A stretch of 63,694 bases of DNA, filler included, from Choristocarpus tenellus KU-1152 (Eukaryota > Protista > Phaeophyceae), in assembly GCA_964200185.2 (NCBI GenBank). It is 13 parts of 13 records of this genome, joined end to end, with 100 filler letters (N's around TTAATTAATTAA, not from the genome) between each part and the next. Parts side by side here need not be neighbours in the genome. Positions count along the whole stretch, not along the records: positions 60,235 to 63,694 come from CAXNAD020019891.1; 12 more parts are not named here. One strand, 5' to 3'. The notes under the pieces were generated by a model. The model ran no database searches, was not told the origin of the DNA, and saw only the letters and a list, made by a program, of their open reading frames with translations. Made by a program: the position numbers and the translations under genes. How positions within the stretch are numbered: position 1 is the first letter of the stretch; every line of letters starts with the position of its first letter. This document shows positions 61,100 to 63,694 of the stretch, in pieces.

Positions 61100-62200
61100 C
61101 AATCTCATGCACCCGGTGGGACTCTTAGTGGCATATGGCACAAGATGAGAACTGTGACAGATTGTGAGCAGCGAAGAAGAGAGGAGTACTCTGGGCATGG
61201 AATAGGCAGATGACAACCTTCATCTAAACTTCCTTTCCCTTCACAGTTTTTCCGTTGGATTCGTCGGGTTAACGGACACTTGCGGAAGGGGGTGGGCATG
61301 CACATGTGTCGAAGAGCGTGAGTTGCTTGGTCTGTAAGCAGGTCGTCTGTTGGTGTTGATGCATCACATGAAATTGGCCCACTCTCTTGTTCTTGTGGAT
61401 TTGCACGTTGGTCGGTTTCATCCCCTGACTACGTGTCTTTTCTCCTTGTAGGTGGTATTGCAGAATTTGGAATGATAAGAAAAACTGGAGACAAATGTTG
61501 AGATGAGGCCTGACACAGGGCAGCAAATTTGTTTTGTGATGTGGGATGGAAGGGATGGAAATGAGATAAATCAGGAGTGGGAAGCCATGGCGAAGGCATC
61601 AAGGATAGGGGTATGAGGTAGCGAGGAAGAAGAGAGAAATAGGTAGGCCGGAAAGTGACCTGGATTTGTTCTGCAGCGACTTTTGGTGGCTGATGAGCAT
61701 GCCTGAGCGATACTGTGGAGTTGAAGTGAGGGCTGCTACATGGCCTTGTTGAGGGAAAAAACGATGGGCGGAGGAGTGAAAAGTCCTTGTTGAGAGTGGT
61801 TAAGGGAATTAAGTGAACACTGTGCATACATGGTCGTGAATTAGTCCTGGGACATCCTATGGAGAGGGGAGGTAGGGCTCAATTGCACAACGGCCGTGTG
61901 CTGCTACGAGATGTAAGTATACCGGGAGGAGAGCAGCGAAGAAAGTGGAAAATAAAATAGAAGGAAACGTGTTCGTAGCGCCAAAAGGGGAACATGGAAC
62001 AATAGTACAATAAGCACCTATCATACTGTGCGAGTAGTTCTGAGCAATATTCTTGTCCTTACACTCCACCAGTGACAGTGTAGGGCAGGGGTTTGTAAAA
62101 ATAAAGAGATGGCATAGGTCTATACACCAAGTGGATTCCAGGCAAAGATCAGAACAAGGATCATGTGTCACACCCAATGTGGCTTAATGGTGGTTTTATA
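61100..62200 (-). mobile_element. Decayed Gypsy-type reverse transcriptase/RNase H
   Basis: WCIDL...KDK...GAY....SPFGATN resembles FS.LDL...DK.KTAF...GLY...MPFG..N. Confidence 0.5.
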
Positions 62201-62323
62201 AACACCACTATATGCTTGGAAGTCCTAGCTTTCTTAGGTTGTACTTCTTGACTACTTCATAAAACTATATTATTGTAAGACAATTTGATGCCCATGTCTG
62301 AGCTCTTTTGAAATCTTAATCAA

Positions 62324-62436
62324 GGGTCAAAGTATCTGGGGGGGGGGTGTCGGATTTGAAATGTCAGCAAAAAAGAGTTGTTTGACCGAAACGGACGCCC
62401 TCTCACAAACCACCCCCCCCCCAGATACTTTGACCC
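62324..62436. mobile_element. MITE family B, short complete copy, 4-bp TSD TCAA
   Basis: GGGTCAAAGTATCTGGGGGGGGG ... CCCCCCCCCAGATACTTTGACCC; flanks tcaa|...|tcaa. Confidence 0.9.
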
Positions 62437-63694
62437 TCAAATCAAATATTGAATAATCAACGTGAGAGATCCAACATATTTGATGTTACTTCCATTATGG
62501 TACCATCTTCGAGCCCCATCGTCAGGTTACAAGCTTGTGGAGATTGGAATGTCTCCAATTTTGTCGTTGAGCATCACATTGTGTCACACTTTTGCTAAGA
62601 TTATGATGGTGTGGAGTACCTAAAAATTAAGTTCTGTGATTTATTGTTTACACCCGCTCACTAATTTCGTGTTTTCGCGATGGTGTTGACTATAAAACAC
62701 GACCAAATATGTAAGAAACGGTCTAAGCACTGCAATACCAATAGTTGTACTTTGTCTATTCGTACCTTTCACCCCGGCGTTGGATACAATCATCTCAGAC
62801 CTTATTTTTCTACCTTGCCATCCTAAGTCTTGTTCTAGATCCACCATGCGTCCCAAGACAGTAAAGCCTTGCCACCTTGTTCTTGGTACGGTGTTTTTTG
62901 GGTAAGGGACTAATGAGCACTATGGTAGGTGCAAGAGTACATTCTCTACTCCTTGCGATACGGAATTTGGACAATTTGGAATCATAGCTCATATCTGATC
63001 TGAAGAAGGCTGGCATCGATGGGGTTCGAACTCGCCAAGTCTATTCCAGTAACCGACCCTTGAAAAACACACCAATTAACACAAATCATAAAATGACTAT
63101 CCTCATCCTATGAATAGATACGTGGCTCAAAACTCATCACACTATTAGAACAAATAACAAGACTACTAGAAACTTCATGAATCCCGAAGAAATATCATCA
63201 TTTCCACTTCTTATTTAAAGATATATTCTCCTTTCATGAACGATTCTCAAACAATATAATGCATAGCATAACTGTTGTCATGAATTAGAACCGAGAAATG
63301 TTCTCGTTGAACCATGAACAAGTTCGAAAACAATACAGTGCGAAAGCATTCAAAAAAATAGAATCCAAAATCTTAGTGGGTATGATCATATGGATGGAGA
63401 GTATACTGAAAACATAGGTAGGTACATACATCTTGGAGTTGAAACTATTTTGAAAATAACCAACCGTTCATCACATGTTCAACGGAGTTGTGACTTATTT
63501 CAAGGGTAATACATCATGAGTTGGGTAACTGACGGTTGAGTTCTCCTGTCTGAACTCTACCTCTGCCATCCGCTAACCCTCACTTCTCAACTATACTCTG
63601 ACTGTCAACTGACAATCAGGGATAGCACCATTCAGTAAGGGAATACGTCAACTGGGACAAGATTCAAGCCTTACAGTACAGGACGCGAGGAAGG

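Larger units (their letters stand above)
60235..63694. mobile_element. Contig bounded by long inverted repeats (127 nt perfect, continuing imperfectly for ~400 nt) enclosing Gypsy-like pol debris
   Basis: 60235-60361 is the exact reverse complement of 63568-63694. AACTCCGTTGAACATGTGATGAACGGTTGGTTATTTTCAAAAT and ACTAAGATT.TGGATTCTATTTTTT also pair further in. Confidence 0.85.

Noticed and set aside
1-63694. CRISPR array, operon or prokaryotic defence system
   Set aside because: No repeat-spacer array and no long intronless ORFs (longest 181 aa); the real genes have spliceosomal introns.

Overview
This window is not one locus. It is 13 short contigs joined by an artificial 100-nt spacer (44 N + TTAATTAATTAA + 44 N, stops in all six frames). 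The contigs are 1-9585, 9686-15304, 15405-18657, 18758-22367, 22468-27048, 27149-29652, 29753-34860, 34961-42315, 42416-48895, 48996-51644, 51745-57077, 57178-60134 and 60235-63694. The DNA is intron-rich, repeat-rich eukaryotic nuclear sequence, most likely a brown alga or close stramenopile (inferred from exon structure, TE content and the gene order of a mitochondrial insert). Most ORFs in the six-frame track are spurious. Supported coding pieces, all reconstructed by eye: a complete two-exon SPIRAL1-like gene head-to-head with the 5' exons of an anoctamin (ANO10-like) gene; three 5' exons of a BCAT-like P-loop-domain gene head-to-head with a probable plastid-targeted gene; single exons of CDC23/APC8, an AAMP/SQT1-like WD40 gene and a KLC-type TPR gene; and a few unassigned exons. 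Non-genic content includes three MITE families sharing a GRGT(C/G)AAAGTA terminus, many 3' ends of an RLE-type LINE with (TAA)n tails, and Gypsy and Copia remnants. There is also a decayed mitochondrial insert (rpl2-rps13-rps11), several long fold-back palindromes, and a last contig bracketed by a long inverted repeat. I found no CRISPR array, rRNA, intact tRNA, operon or other convincing new multi-gene system. The best leads are the shared-terminus MITE group, the fold-backs, the NUMT and the double-motif SPIRAL1-like protein.
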